Position numbers and translations under genes: made by a program. A stretch of 32,558 nt of DNA from an uncultured Lachnospiraceae bacterium (GTDB taxonomy: Bacteria; Bacillota; Clostridia; Lachnospirales; Lachnospiraceae): the NCBI GenBank assembly GCA_902772565.1, contig CACYBJ010000021.1:1-32558 (forward strand), written 5' to 3'. Shown here one piece after another: positions 20,196 to 29,107 of the stretch; within the stretch, counting starts at the first letter, position 1, and every line of letters starts with the position of its first letter. The notes beneath the pieces are model-generated. The model was not told where the DNA came from. It searched no databases and saw nothing but the letters and a program-made list of their open reading frames with translations.

Positions 20196-20723
20196 ATGGA
20201 ACCCGAAACACTGATGCTTTACAAGCTCATAGTACTTTACATTTTAAACCACGTGGACTTTCCGATGTCCAATTCCCAGCTTACGGATTTTATGACGGAA
20301 AAAGGCTATACGGGATACTTCAACATTCAGCAGGTTATCAACGACCTTGCCAGCGATGCCTATATTGAAGCCACCGTAACCAGAAGCCAGACTCTATATA
20401 ACATAACAGACGAAGGCCGTCAGACTCTCAGTTTCTTTTATAAGAAGATTTCAAAAGACATAAGGGATGATATAGATTTGTATCTTACTGACAGAAAGTA
20501 TGCACTTCGCGAAGAGGTATCTTCCATTGCCGACTATTACGAAAGACATCCCGGTGAGTATGTTGTGGATCTTAAAATCCTTGAAAGAAACACCACCACT
20601 GTGGAACTCATTATGACAGTAGGCAGTGTGGCCGCAGCCGAAAGTGCATGCGACAAATGGAAACAAAAGAACGCAGACATTTATGCCTACGTTCTCAATA
20701 CACTGTTAAAAGATGAATCCTAG
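20196..20723 (+). CDS. DUF4364-like winged-helix protein (175 aa), function unknown
   Basis: I chose the ATG at 20196, with AAAGGA upstream. The N-terminus LYKLIVLYILNHVDFPMSNSQLTDFMTEKGY is PadR/wHTH-like. Size and context fit DUF4364, but the family name is from memory and was not searched. Confidence 0.55.
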   Translation: MEPETLMLYKLIVLYILNHVDFPMSNSQLTDFMTEKGYTGYFNIQQVINDLASDAYIEATVTRSQTLYNITDEGRQTLSFFYKKISKDIRDDIDLYLTDRKYALREEVSSIADYYERHPGEYVVDLKILERNTTTVELIMTVGSVAAAESACDKWKQKNADIYAYVLNTLLKDES

Positions 20724-20983
20724 GATATTAAATCAAAATCATAGTTCTTATTCTTCTGAGTAAGATCCAGGGAAAGAAGCATCAAGGCATCGCCGTAACC
20801 TATGGCGATGCTGTCTTTGTTTTTAAGGACTATTTTTATTGGGTCCGTTTCCTTCGCAAGTATCTGGTAAAGAGAATCCAGATTTCTTCCGTAATAATAT
20901 GGCAGATTAAACTGATTCTTTAAATAGTCATGCATGGCAACCTTGGTTGTCATTTCATGGCCGTCAAGTATGATTTCTCTCAT
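20720..20983 (-). CDS. Barstar-family ribonuclease inhibitor
   Basis: 87 aa. HDYLKNQFNLPYYYGRNLDSLYQIL matches the barstar core (LPEYYGENLDALWDCL). Confidence 0.8.
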   Translation of the reverse strand: MREIILDGHEMTTKVAMHDYLKNQFNLPYYYGRNLDSLYQILAKETDPIKIVLKNKDSIAIGYGDALMLLSLDLTQKNKNYDFDLIS

Positions 20984-21047
20984 AACTAACTCTCTCTTTG
21001 TTTACTCTCACCCTGTTTTTAGAATTGCCTGATGGGGCGTTCCCTGC

Positions 21048-21081
21048 AAGCAAATTCCCACACAACATTGTTGTATGGGAA
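21048..21081 (-). terminator. Probable terminator after engB
   Basis: On the minus strand, TTCCCATACAACA...TGTTGTGTGGGAA is followed by TTTGCTT. The U-tract is weak. Confidence 0.45.
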
Positions 21082-21109
21082 TTATACTCTTATTTTAGAT
21101 TTTATACAA
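21081..21109 (-). promoter_or_regulatory. SigA-type promoter for the barstar gene
   Basis: On the minus strand, TTGTAT-17 nt-TATAAT, immediately after the engB stop codon. Confidence 0.55.
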
Positions 21110-21113
21110 CCTT

Positions 21114-21710
21114 TTATTGTCCGACGGATGCCAGATCTTCTTCCAGACAGGCATAGAATTCGTCTACGCCCTTCTTTTCCGTTGCCGAAAAAGGAATAAT
21201 CACTGTGTCGGGACCGGCTTCCAAAGTCTGTCTGATGATCTTAAGCTGCTTTTGCTGCTGACTTCTTTTAATCTTATCAAGCTTGGTAGCTATAACCACA
21301 GGAGTAAATCCGCTTTCCTTGATCCAGTTGTACATAGCCACATCATTGGCGGAAGGCTCATGCCTTATGTCAACCAGAAGAAACACCTTGCGAAGCTGTT
21401 CAGACTTTGTAAGATATCTTTCTATCATCTTTCCCCACTTGGCTTTTACCTGCTCGGATACTTTGGCATAGCCGTAGCCCGGAAGGTCCACAAAGTAGAA
21501 TTCGTTGTTAATGTGATAGAAATTTATGGTCTGGGTCTTTCCCGGCTGGGACGAAGTCCTGGCCAGGGATTTCCTGTTTAGAAGAGCATTAATGAGCGAT
21601 GATTTGCCCACGTTTGATCTTCCGGCAAATGCATACTCCGGCTGTAAGTTTTTGGGTAGAGTGCTGGTGATACCGCATACGGTTTCCAGCTCAGCGCTTT
21701 TTATTACCAC
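21114..21710 (-). CDS. engB: Ribosome-biogenesis GTPase EngB/YsxC (YihA)
   Basis: 198 aa with G1 GRSNVGKSSLINAL, G3 DLPGYG and G4 TKLDK. Confidence 0.93.
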   Translation of the reverse strand: MVIKSAELETVCGITSTLPKNLQPEYAFAGRSNVGKSSLINALLNRKSLARTSSQPGKTQTINFYHINNEFYFVDLPGYGYAKVSEQVKAKWGKMIERYLTKSEQLRKVFLLVDIRHEPSANDVAMYNWIKESGFTPVVIATKLDKIKRSQQQKQLKIIRQTLEAGPDTVIIPFSATEKKGVDEFYACLEEDLASVGQ

Positions 21711-21720
21711 AATTCACCTC

Positions 21721-23031
21721 TTATACGCTCTTCTTTACCTGTTCCTTGGTTTTGTCGGCAGATGCATCTGCCTTCTTCTCTTTCATTTCCTTTTTGTAGG
21801 ACATGTCTCTGATAAGATCAGGGGCTTTGAGTCCCTTGGCTGCCTCTTCGGTAACAACACATCTTACGGCCTTATCGTCCGAAGGAACTTCGTACATAAT
21901 GTTCATCATTATGTTCTCAACTATGCTGCGAAGACCTCTTGCTCCGGTATTTCTCTCTTCGGAAAGTCTTGCAATCTCCCTTAATGCGCCGTCGGTAAAC
22001 TCCAGCTGAACATCGTCAAGGGAAAGAAGTGCAGCATACTGCTTAACAAGTGCATTCTTGGGCTCTCTTAAGATTCTGATGAGATCGTCCTCGGAAAGCC
22101 TGTCAAGAGCGACAGTTACAGGAATTCGGCCGATAAATTCGGGAATGAGACCGAACTTAACAAGGTCCTGAGGCATAACCTTTCTGAAAAGGTTGCCGAT
22201 ACTCTCGCTGCCCTTAATACTGATTTCCGAATTAAAGCCGATGGTCTTCTGGCCGATACGATCCTCAACGATTTTTTCCAGACCGTCAAAGGCACCGCCG
22301 CAGATAAAAAGAATGTTTGTTGTGTTAATGTGATACATCTCCGACTGCGGATGCTTTCTGCCGCCCTGAGGAGGAACGGAGGCATCTGTGCCTTCCAGTA
22401 TTTTAAGAAGGGACTGCTGAACGCCCTCACCGGATACATCACGGGTAATGGAAACATTCTCGCTCTTCTTGGTAATCTTGTCAATTTCGTCGATATAGAC
22501 AATACCCTTTTCGGCTCTTTCGATATTGTAATCGGCTGCCTGAATGAGTTTAAGAAGAATATTCTCAACGTCTTCACCTACATAGCCGGCTTCCGTAAGG
22601 GTGGTGGCATCTGCAATGGCAAAGGGCACGTTGATTATCTTGGCCAGAGTCTGGGCAAGATAGGTCTTACCGGAACCCGTAGGTCCGATAAAGAGAACGT
22701 TGCTCTTCTGGATTTCCACATCCAGATCGTCTCCCGAAAGGATTCTCTTGTAGTGGTTATAAACAGCAACGGAAAGAGCCTTTTTGGCTTCGTCCTGTCC
22801 CACAACATATTCATCCAGGAAGTTTTTCATTTCCTTGGGCTTAATAAGGTTGATGCCGGTGTTGACATCTCCGGGAGCGCCCATTTTGTCATCATAAAGG
22901 CCTTCGTTTATGATCTCATTGCAAAGATCTACGCATTCATCACAGATGTATACGTCTCCGGGTCCTTTAATCAGTTTCATGACTTCATTCGCAGCCTTGC
23001 CGCAGAATGAACAATGCTTATCTTTTGGCAC
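21721..23031 (-). CDS. clpX: ATP-dependent Clp protease ATP-binding subunit ClpX
   Basis: 436 aa with an N-terminal zinc finger (CSFCGK...CDEC), Walker A GPTGSGKT and IVYIDEIDK. Confidence 0.98.
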   Translation of the reverse strand: MPKDKHCSFCGKAANEVMKLIKGPGDVYICDECVDLCNEIINEGLYDDKMGAPGDVNTGINLIKPKEMKNFLDEYVVGQDEAKKALSVAVYNHYKRILSGDDLDVEIQKSNVLFIGPTGSGKTYLAQTLAKIINVPFAIADATTLTEAGYVGEDVENILLKLIQAADYNIERAEKGIVYIDEIDKITKKSENVSITRDVSGEGVQQSLLKILEGTDASVPPQGGRKHPQSEMYHINTTNILFICGGAFDGLEKIVEDRIGQKTIGFNSEISIKGSESIGNLFRKVMPQDLVKFGLIPEFIGRIPVTVALDRLSEDDLIRILREPKNALVKQYAALLSLDDVQLEFTDGALREIARLSEERNTGARGLRSIVENIMMNIMYEVPSDDKAVRCVVTEEAAKGLKAPDLIRDMSYKKEMKEKKADASADKTKEQVKKSV

Positions 23032-23044
23032 GTGAGCCTCCTGT

Positions 23045-23626
23045 CTATCTGCTTACGATTACTTCGTCAATGAGTCCGTAGGCCTTAGCTTCCTCTGCTG
23101 TCTTCCAGTTGTCTCTTTCTGTATCGTTAACAACTTCGTCATAAGGCTTTCCGGTATTCTCCGCAAGCATTCTGTTAAGTTTTTCCTTGGTCTTTAAAAT
23201 CTGCTTTGCAGTGATCTCGATTTCGGTAGCCTGACCCTGAGCACCGCCCAGTGGCTGATGAATCATGATTTCGGCGTTAGGAAGTGCATATCTCTTGCCC
23301 TTGGCTCCGCCTGCAAGAAGGAATGCGCCCATGCTGGCTGCAAGACCTACGCAGATGGTGGAAACATCGCACTTTATGTATTTCATTGTATCATAGATTG
23401 CCATACCGGCTGTTACGGAACCGCCGGGGCTGTTGATATAGAGGCTGATATCCTTCTGAGGATCCTCAGACTCAAGGAATAAAAGCTCGGCAACGATAAC
23501 ACTTGCCGTTGCATCATTTACTTCTCCGTCAAGGAAGATGATACGGTCCTTTAAAAGTCTTGAATAGATATCGTAGGAACGCTCACCTCTGCTTGTCTGT
23601 TCAATAACATATGGAATTAAACTCAT
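23045..23626 (-). CDS. clpP: ATP-dependent Clp protease proteolytic subunit ClpP
   Basis: 193 aa. The catalytic Ser is in GLAASMGAF and the His in MIHQP. Confidence 0.98.
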   Translation of the reverse strand: MSLIPYVIEQTSRGERSYDIYSRLLKDRIIFLDGEVNDATASVIVAELLFLESEDPQKDISLYINSPGGSVTAGMAIYDTMKYIKCDVSTICVGLAASMGAFLLAGGAKGKRYALPNAEIMIHQPLGGAQGQATEIEITAKQILKTKEKLNRMLAENTGKPYDEVVNDTERDNWKTAEEAKAYGLIDEVIVSR

Positions 23627-23650
23627 GGTATACCCCTTTCAAAAAATATC

Positions 23651-23687
23651 CGATTACAAAATTAGAGCCTAAAGTAAGGCTCTAATT
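23651..23687 (-). terminator. Intrinsic terminator after tig
   Basis: On the minus strand, AAATTAGAGCC-loop-GGCTCTAATTT is followed by TGTAAT. The stem itself supplies the Us. Confidence 0.55.
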
Positions 23688-23770
23688 TCAAATCAATCTT
23701 ATCGCACCGTAGGGTGCAGCCTTTATATAAATATAGGCTTTTTTTTGCAATCTGTAAATAAACCTGTGGT

Positions 23771-25168
23771 TTATTCTGCAGATTCGGAAGTCTCTTCTGT
23801 CTTCTTCTTTCTTGTAGTTCTCTTCTTAGGCTTTTCTTCTGTCTTTTCTTCGGCAGATGCAGGAGAAACTGTGGACTTCATTTCCTTTGTTTCCTTTGCA
23901 CTTTCTGCGATGATATCGGCAGCCTTTCTTACTACGAGATCCTTCTTGATGTCTTCAGCCTGTGAACCGAGGATGTCCTTAACCTTCTGAACTTCCATCT
24001 GGTATGCCTTAGCCATCTCTTCGAATTCCTTATCAAGATCTTCGTCGGATGCTTCAAGTTTTTCTACTTCTGCAATCTTCTCAAGTGTAAGACGTGTTCT
24101 GATTCTGCTGATAGCCTGTGGCTCCATCTGAGCTACGAACTTGTCATAGGTAAGGCCTGAGAACTGGAAGTACTGCTCAAGCTGAAGGCCCTGTGCCTGA
24201 AGTCTCTGAGCGAACTCTTCTGCCATGTTCTGCTTTTCTGTTTCAATCATAGGAGCAGGAAGTTCGATAGTTGCATTGGCTGCAGCAATTTCAACTGCTT
24301 CGTTCTTGATTGTTTCCTTAGCTGCCTTGTCCTTGCTCTCTTCAAGGTTCTTTCTGATATCTGCCTTGTACTCAGCAAGTGTATCAAATTCGGAAACTTC
24401 AGATGCGAATTCATCTGTAGCTTCTTCAATAACTTTCTTCTTAATGCTGTTAACCTTGCACTTAAATACTGCAGGCTTTCCGGCAAGTTCAGCTGCCTGA
24501 TAGTTCTCAGGGAAAGTAACATTTACGTCGAAATCTTCACCGATGTTCTTGCCGATGATCTGATCTTCGAAGCCCGGAATAAATGCACCGGAACCGATAG
24601 TAAGATCGTAATCTGTTCCCTTACCGCCGGCAAATGCAACACCGTCAACAAAGCCTTCGAAATCGATCTTTGTCATGTCGCCTGCTTCAACTGCTCTGTC
24701 TGTAACATCAACGATCTTAGCGTTCTGCTCAAGAGCCTTGTTAACCTCGGCCTCAACTTCTTCATCGCTTACGCTTCTGTCCTGCTTTGTAACCTCAAGA
24801 CCCTTGTACTCGCCAAGTGTTACTTCAGGCTTAACTGCTACTGTTGCAGTGTATACGAACTTCTCACCGAGCTTGATTTCTGTTACAGCGATTTCAGGTC
24901 TGCTTACGATTGCAAGACCGCACTCTGTTGCAACCTCAGGATAGGTTTTGTTGATGAGTTCGTTGGCAGCATCATCATAAAAGATTTCTGCGCCGTATTC
25001 CTTAATGATGAGCTTCTTGGGAGCTTTACCCTTTCTGAAGCCCGGAATGTTAATCTTGTTTTTCTGTTTCTGATATGCTTTTTCAACCGCCTGGTCGAAT
25101 TCTTCTGCTGTACACTCAATAGTGAGTTTAGCCATACTCTTCTCTAAATTTTCTACTGTATAACTCAT
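23771..25168 (-). CDS. tig: Trigger factor (465 aa, with a Lys/Glu-rich C-terminal tail)
   Basis: I chose the start MSYTVENLEKSMAKLTIE at 25168, with a GGAGG upstream. GFRKGKAPKK and an FKBP-like PPIase segment are present. The 30 extra N-terminal aa in the ORF track are upstream read-through. Confidence 0.93.
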   Translation of the reverse strand: MSYTVENLEKSMAKLTIECTAEEFDQAVEKAYQKQKNKINIPGFRKGKAPKKLIIKEYGAEIFYDDAANELINKTYPEVATECGLAIVSRPEIAVTEIKLGEKFVYTATVAVKPEVTLGEYKGLEVTKQDRSVSDEEVEAEVNKALEQNAKIVDVTDRAVEAGDMTKIDFEGFVDGVAFAGGKGTDYDLTIGSGAFIPGFEDQIIGKNIGEDFDVNVTFPENYQAAELAGKPAVFKCKVNSIKKKVIEEATDEFASEVSEFDTLAEYKADIRKNLEESKDKAAKETIKNEAVEIAAANATIELPAPMIETEKQNMAEEFAQRLQAQGLQLEQYFQFSGLTYDKFVAQMEPQAISRIRTRLTLEKIAEVEKLEASDEDLDKEFEEMAKAYQMEVQKVKDILGSQAEDIKKDLVVRKAADIIAESAKETKEMKSTVSPASAEEKTEEKPKKRTTRKKKTEETSESAE

Positions 25169-25229
25169 CGGGTTATATACCTCCGTATAATTTACCACGT
25201 CTGATTTTGACATGGCTTGACAAATGGAG

Positions 25230-25258
25230 ATTATAACACAAATATAAACAGACCGCAA
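25230..25258 (-). promoter_or_regulatory. SigA-type promoter of tig (extended -10)
   Basis: On the minus strand, TTGCGG-17 nt-TATAAT, with TGT immediately before the -10 element. Confidence 0.6.
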
Positions 25259-25273
25259 CCCCTACAAATTCAA

Positions 25274-25308
25274 AGAAAAAAAGCCGGCTGCGGGTTTCGC
25301 AGCCGGCT
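25274..25308 (-). terminator. Intrinsic terminator after the 1015-aa gene
   Basis: On the minus strand, AGCCGGCTGCG-AAACC-CGCAGCCGGCT is followed by TTTTTTTC. Confidence 0.88.
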
Positions 25309-25314
25309 GTAGGT

Positions 25315-28300
25315 TTATTTTTCGTTTTTGTTGTCGTCGATTACGAGAACGAAATCGTCCGGATTAAACATCTTGTTGGTCTTAACTTCAACCTGAATGT
25401 CATCCAGTTTCTTAAGTCCCGGATTCTCTTCGATCATCTTGACTGTTCTCATGCTGTTAAGAGCAAACTTGGTCATGTAAGAATCAAGCGAAATTACAAA
25501 GCCCATAGTCTGAAGTTCCTGGAGAATGGAAACAACTCTGTAGAAGTTTCCTTCGTTTACACCTTCCGGAATTACGAATTCCACGATGTTGGTCGGAACC
25601 GGATAGTCCTTTAATATCTTCTTGGTTCTTGCCATGAACTCAGGGCTGAACATGTATTCCTGTGAACAGGAAATCGAAATGAGCGGCGGCTTGATCTCCC
25701 TCTTGATCCACTCGTCGAGAAGTCTGAAGGTCTCTTCGTGAACATAGGAATCAAGCTGAGTGATTGCGCCTTCCTGCTGCATAATGCCTGCAAAGGATTC
25801 TCTTTCGATTACGGAGCCTTCCTTTGTTACCCAGCGCACTACGGCATCTGCCTTAACAATCTCACCGTCTTCGTCTCTTATAGGCATGAAGAATACTCTG
25901 AACTCGTGATTATCAAGAGCGGCCTTCATGTTATTCTTAACGAAGTTCTCGAATGTGGCACCGGTCTTAATAACATCACTGTGCCATGCAATTTCGATCT
26001 CGCCGGTTTCGATTCTTGAAGAAATGCTCTTTCTTGCCGTATTGGCAGCCTCGATCATGTCGCTTACTCTCTGACCGTGGCCGTTCATTCTGTACAGACC
26101 TGCCCAGAAGCTTAACTTAACATCCGGATACATCCTGTGAACGCTTGCAAGGGCCTGCTGGAGGATCATTTCGATTCTTGCAGTGATACGCTCTTTGTCA
26201 TCGTATTCAATAAAGAGTACGAAGGTTGAGCCTGTAACTCTTGCAAAGTATTCTTCCTCTCTAATCTGTTCGGAGATGGAATTGGAAAGCTGGATGAGTA
26301 CTTCGTCGCAGATTGAGTAGCCCCAGAGGTCATTGATTTCTCCGAAGTTCGGGATGTTGAAATAAACGAAAATGTTCTGTGGCTTTCTCATGAGAGAAAT
26401 CTTGGAATCAACAACCTGTTCAAACTTCTCAACGGTCATCTGGCCCGTAAGGACATCCTTGGATTTCATGCGGTCTACGAAGTTGGAAACATCGGTCCAG
26501 CAAATGAAATCATACTCGTCTTCGCCATGCTTTATAGCTGTAGCTGTGGATGTGAACCACTTCTTATTCTTTTCAAAGTAGCTGTCCATTGCACAGCGGT
26601 CTTTGGCATTCTCGCCTCTGATGCCCACCAGCGGACAGTTCTTGCAAGGCTCCTTGCGACCCATTACGGTCTTGTAGCAAAGAAGGTTGTCTTCTTCGGC
26701 CACATACTGTCTTCCGTTGGCATCGCCAACGAATACCAGCTGATAGGAATCCTTTTTAACAGCGTAGTCCGTTACGAGCTGATTGTTCATAACGTCACGT
26801 GAATATTCGATTTCTTCCTGCAGACCTTCTCTGGTTCTGATACGCTCCATGTAAATGCTGAGGAGCTTTGAAAAGCTGATAAGGAAATCGGATTCTTCCT
26901 TTTCCCACTTTTCGCCCTGAGGTCTTTCAAATGTGATGCAGGTTACGGCATGACGGTCTTCAAACACTTTGTACTGAAGAACGGAGCCGGATGTGAACAC
27001 ACCCTTGAGTTCGCCCGGTACCTGGAAATCAAGAGTTGCGGTGTTCTCGCAAAGGAACAGATTGTCATTCTTGAAGCGGGCATAGATTTTGCTCCACTGA
27101 GCATCTACGATTCTCTCGTAAACTCTCATGTACGGAATGGTCTTCTGGTTCCAGTAATACTTAACCGAACAGGTGGTTCCGCGCTTGTCGTAGTTGTATG
27201 TATAGATTCTTAAATACTTGTAATACTTACCTACCTCGGCAAGGATGTTATTGATTTCCTCAGGCTTGGCATCGTCGCTGGCAAGCATTTCCATCACTTT
27301 GTCGATGTAATACTTTTCTACCTTACCGTACTCAGCCTGTTTCTGTCCCTGAATGATCTTACGGGACTCTGTGGCCTCCTGCTGTTCCTTGGTTGTTGGA
27401 ACCTCATGAGGTGTTACATTAAGAGAATCGGAATAGAATTCGAAAATCTTCTCCGGCTTCTTCTTGGCTGCGGCAAGAGCGATAGCTGCCTTCTTGTAAA
27501 GTGTTGAATAGTCGTTACCGTCGGCAGGGGCAGATGAAATACCTGCGCAAAGAGAAAGTTCATGTTCTCTCTTGAACTTGATCTCGCCGGCCATACCAAC
27601 TATGTTCTTAACTATTTCGGATGCAGATTTAACAGAACTGATGGACTGCTTAAATACGGCAAATTCGTCGCCTTCTATTCTTGCAACAAGTTCTCCTTCT
27701 TTGAAAAGAGCTGCAAGAGCATTACCGAAGGTTTCGATTACATACTCACCGTAGGGCTCGCCCCATTTTTTGTTAATTGCCGCAAAGTTATTGATATCGA
27801 TAATAACAAATGCGTGTTTGGCTTTGTCACCGCGCTTCTGGATAGACGCGGAAACCTGTGATATAAATGCTTCTCTGGTGAGAAGACCTGTTACCTTATC
27901 GCTTTCGGCACGCTTGATAACAACATTCTCAGATGCCTTCTCGGAATCTACGTTACGTGAACGGCCAATAATTTTCTCGGGTGCACCGTTGGCATCCTTC
28001 TGAAGATAACCTTCGAATCTTACCCATACATACTTATCGGTTCCGATGTCCATTCTCATGTCATAAGAGAATGCCGGTTCGCCTTTGTCCATGCTGTCAA
28101 CAAACTTGTCGAAGATCGGAACATCGGCAGGATAGATAACATCGCTGTTCTTTATTGTTTCGCGGTAGTTTGCTATTTCCCCATGACCCCCGAAACTAAG
28201 GCCTTTGCTCTGAGTGAGTTTCTTTGACTTGATGTCGTACTCCCAAAGACCGCAATCAACCATGTCTTTAATAAAGTTGTATTTTACTTTTTCGGATTCG

Positions 28301-28362
28301 AGCTCCTTTTCGAGTTCTTCTATTTTAGAAAAATCAAATTTTGAAGTCGATTTCTTTTCCAT
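25315..28362 (-). CDS. Multidomain cytoplasmic signalling protein: PAS, divergent GGDEF (EGDEF), GAF/PAS-like region, Cys-cluster module, degenerate GGDEF (TGSTF), degenerate short EAL-like domain
   Basis: The first GGDEF-like domain has DKVTGLLTREAF...ARIEGDEFAV (aa 155-310). The second has DVLTGQMT...ARVTGSTFVLF (aa 636-780). The EAL-like domain has EFRVFFMPIRDEDGEIVKADAVVRW (aa about 805-1000). No transmembrane segment was seen. Confidence 0.8.
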   Translation of the reverse strand: MEKKSTSKFDFSKIEELEKELESEKVKYNFIKDMVDCGLWEYDIKSKKLTQSKGLSFGGHGEIANYRETIKNSDVIYPADVPIFDKFVDSMDKGEPAFSYDMRMDIGTDKYVWVRFEGYLQKDANGAPEKIIGRSRNVDSEKASENVVIKRAESDKVTGLLTREAFISQVSASIQKRGDKAKHAFVIIDINNFAAINKKWGEPYGEYVIETFGNALAALFKEGELVARIEGDEFAVFKQSISSVKSASEIVKNIVGMAGEIKFKREHELSLCAGISSAPADGNDYSTLYKKAAIALAAAKKKPEKIFEFYSDSLNVTPHEVPTTKEQQEATESRKIIQGQKQAEYGKVEKYYIDKVMEMLASDDAKPEEINNILAEVGKYYKYLRIYTYNYDKRGTTCSVKYYWNQKTIPYMRVYERIVDAQWSKIYARFKNDNLFLCENTATLDFQVPGELKGVFTSGSVLQYKVFEDRHAVTCITFERPQGEKWEKEESDFLISFSKLLSIYMERIRTREGLQEEIEYSRDVMNNQLVTDYAVKKDSYQLVFVGDANGRQYVAEEDNLLCYKTVMGRKEPCKNCPLVGIRGENAKDRCAMDSYFEKNKKWFTSTATAIKHGEDEYDFICWTDVSNFVDRMKSKDVLTGQMTVEKFEQVVDSKISLMRKPQNIFVYFNIPNFGEINDLWGYSICDEVLIQLSNSISEQIREEEYFARVTGSTFVLFIEYDDKERITARIEMILQQALASVHRMYPDVKLSFWAGLYRMNGHGQRVSDMIEAANTARKSISSRIETGEIEIAWHSDVIKTGATFENFVKNNMKAALDNHEFRVFFMPIRDEDGEIVKADAVVRWVTKEGSVIERESFAGIMQQEGAITQLDSYVHEETFRLLDEWIKREIKPPLISISCSQEYMFSPEFMARTKKILKDYPVPTNIVEFVIPEGVNEGNFYRVVSILQELQTMGFVISLDSYMTKFALNSMRTVKMIEENPGLKKLDDIQVEVKTNKMFNPDDFVLVIDDNKNEK

Positions 28363-28532
28363 AGTAAACCTCTTTTACCCATAATGTTACATGACAATTC
28401 CCCGACAAATCCCGAAAAAGGGCGCAAGAAACCGCCATACACGAATAGTTTACTACAAATTGCATCTGTATTGCAAGCCACTTGCACAAATGCAATATGA
28501 TTTGTCAAATATCACGTAGGTTTTAACGATTT

Positions 28533-29084
28533 TTAATCAAACTGGACCTTGGCGGCCATATCCTTCGCAACTTCTTCGCTTGTTAAAGCCGTTAAAATAG
28601 CAAGGGCGAAGTCCATTGAAGTGCCCATGCCGCGGGATGTGATGATATTTCCGTCTCTTACAGCCTTGGCACCTGTCATGTAGGTGGCGCCGAGAAGCTT
28701 TTCTTCAAAGCCCGGATAGCTGACAGCCTTTTTACCCTGAAGCAGTCCGTTCATGCCAAGAACCGAAGGAGCGGCGCAGATGGCGCATACAAACTTGCCT
28801 TCGGAATTAAACTTCTTAATTACTTCGGCTACTCCCGCATGGTCCATAAGAGTGTTGGTTCCTTTAAGGCCGCCGGGAAGTACAACCATATCGGCAGATG
28901 CGAAATCTGCCTCTTCGAACAAAACATCCGCAAGAAGCTTGATGCCATGTGATGTGGTTATCTCCTTACGACCCATAACGGAACAGGTTTCAACATCGAT
29001 CTTGGCACGTCTTAAAATATCAACCACCGTGAGGCCTTCGATATCTTCAAACCCGTCTGCAAACAAAACATAAACCTTAGACAT
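28533..29084 (-). CDS. DJ-1/PfpI (ThiJ) family protein
   Basis: I chose the ATG at 29084 (MSKVYVLFADGFEDIE), with GGAGGAG upstream. The nucleophile elbow is VCAICAAPSVLG. Confidence 0.88.
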   Translation of the reverse strand: MSKVYVLFADGFEDIEGLTVVDILRRAKIDVETCSVMGRKEITTSHGIKLLADVLFEEADFASADMVVLPGGLKGTNTLMDHAGVAEVIKKFNSEGKFVCAICAAPSVLGMNGLLQGKKAVSYPGFEEKLLGATYMTGAKAVRDGNIITSRGMGTSMDFALAILTALTSEEVAKDMAAKVQFD

Positions 29085-29107
29085 ATTCTCCTCCTGATTT
29101 ATACACT

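Noticed and set aside
22330-23010. Plus-strand ORF of 226 aa
   Set aside because: It is antisense to clpX, has no motif or ribosome-binding site, and is a shadow ORF.
23627-23770. CtsR operator (GGTCAAA direct heptad repeat) upstream of clpP
   Set aside because: I read both strands of the tig-clpP spacer and found no GGTCAAA/TTTGACC repeat. Only terminator-type hairpins are present.
25169-25258. 30-aa N-terminal extension of trigger factor
   Set aside because: Canonical Tig begins at MSYTVENLEK, which has its own ribosome-binding site. The extension overlaps the predicted tig promoter.
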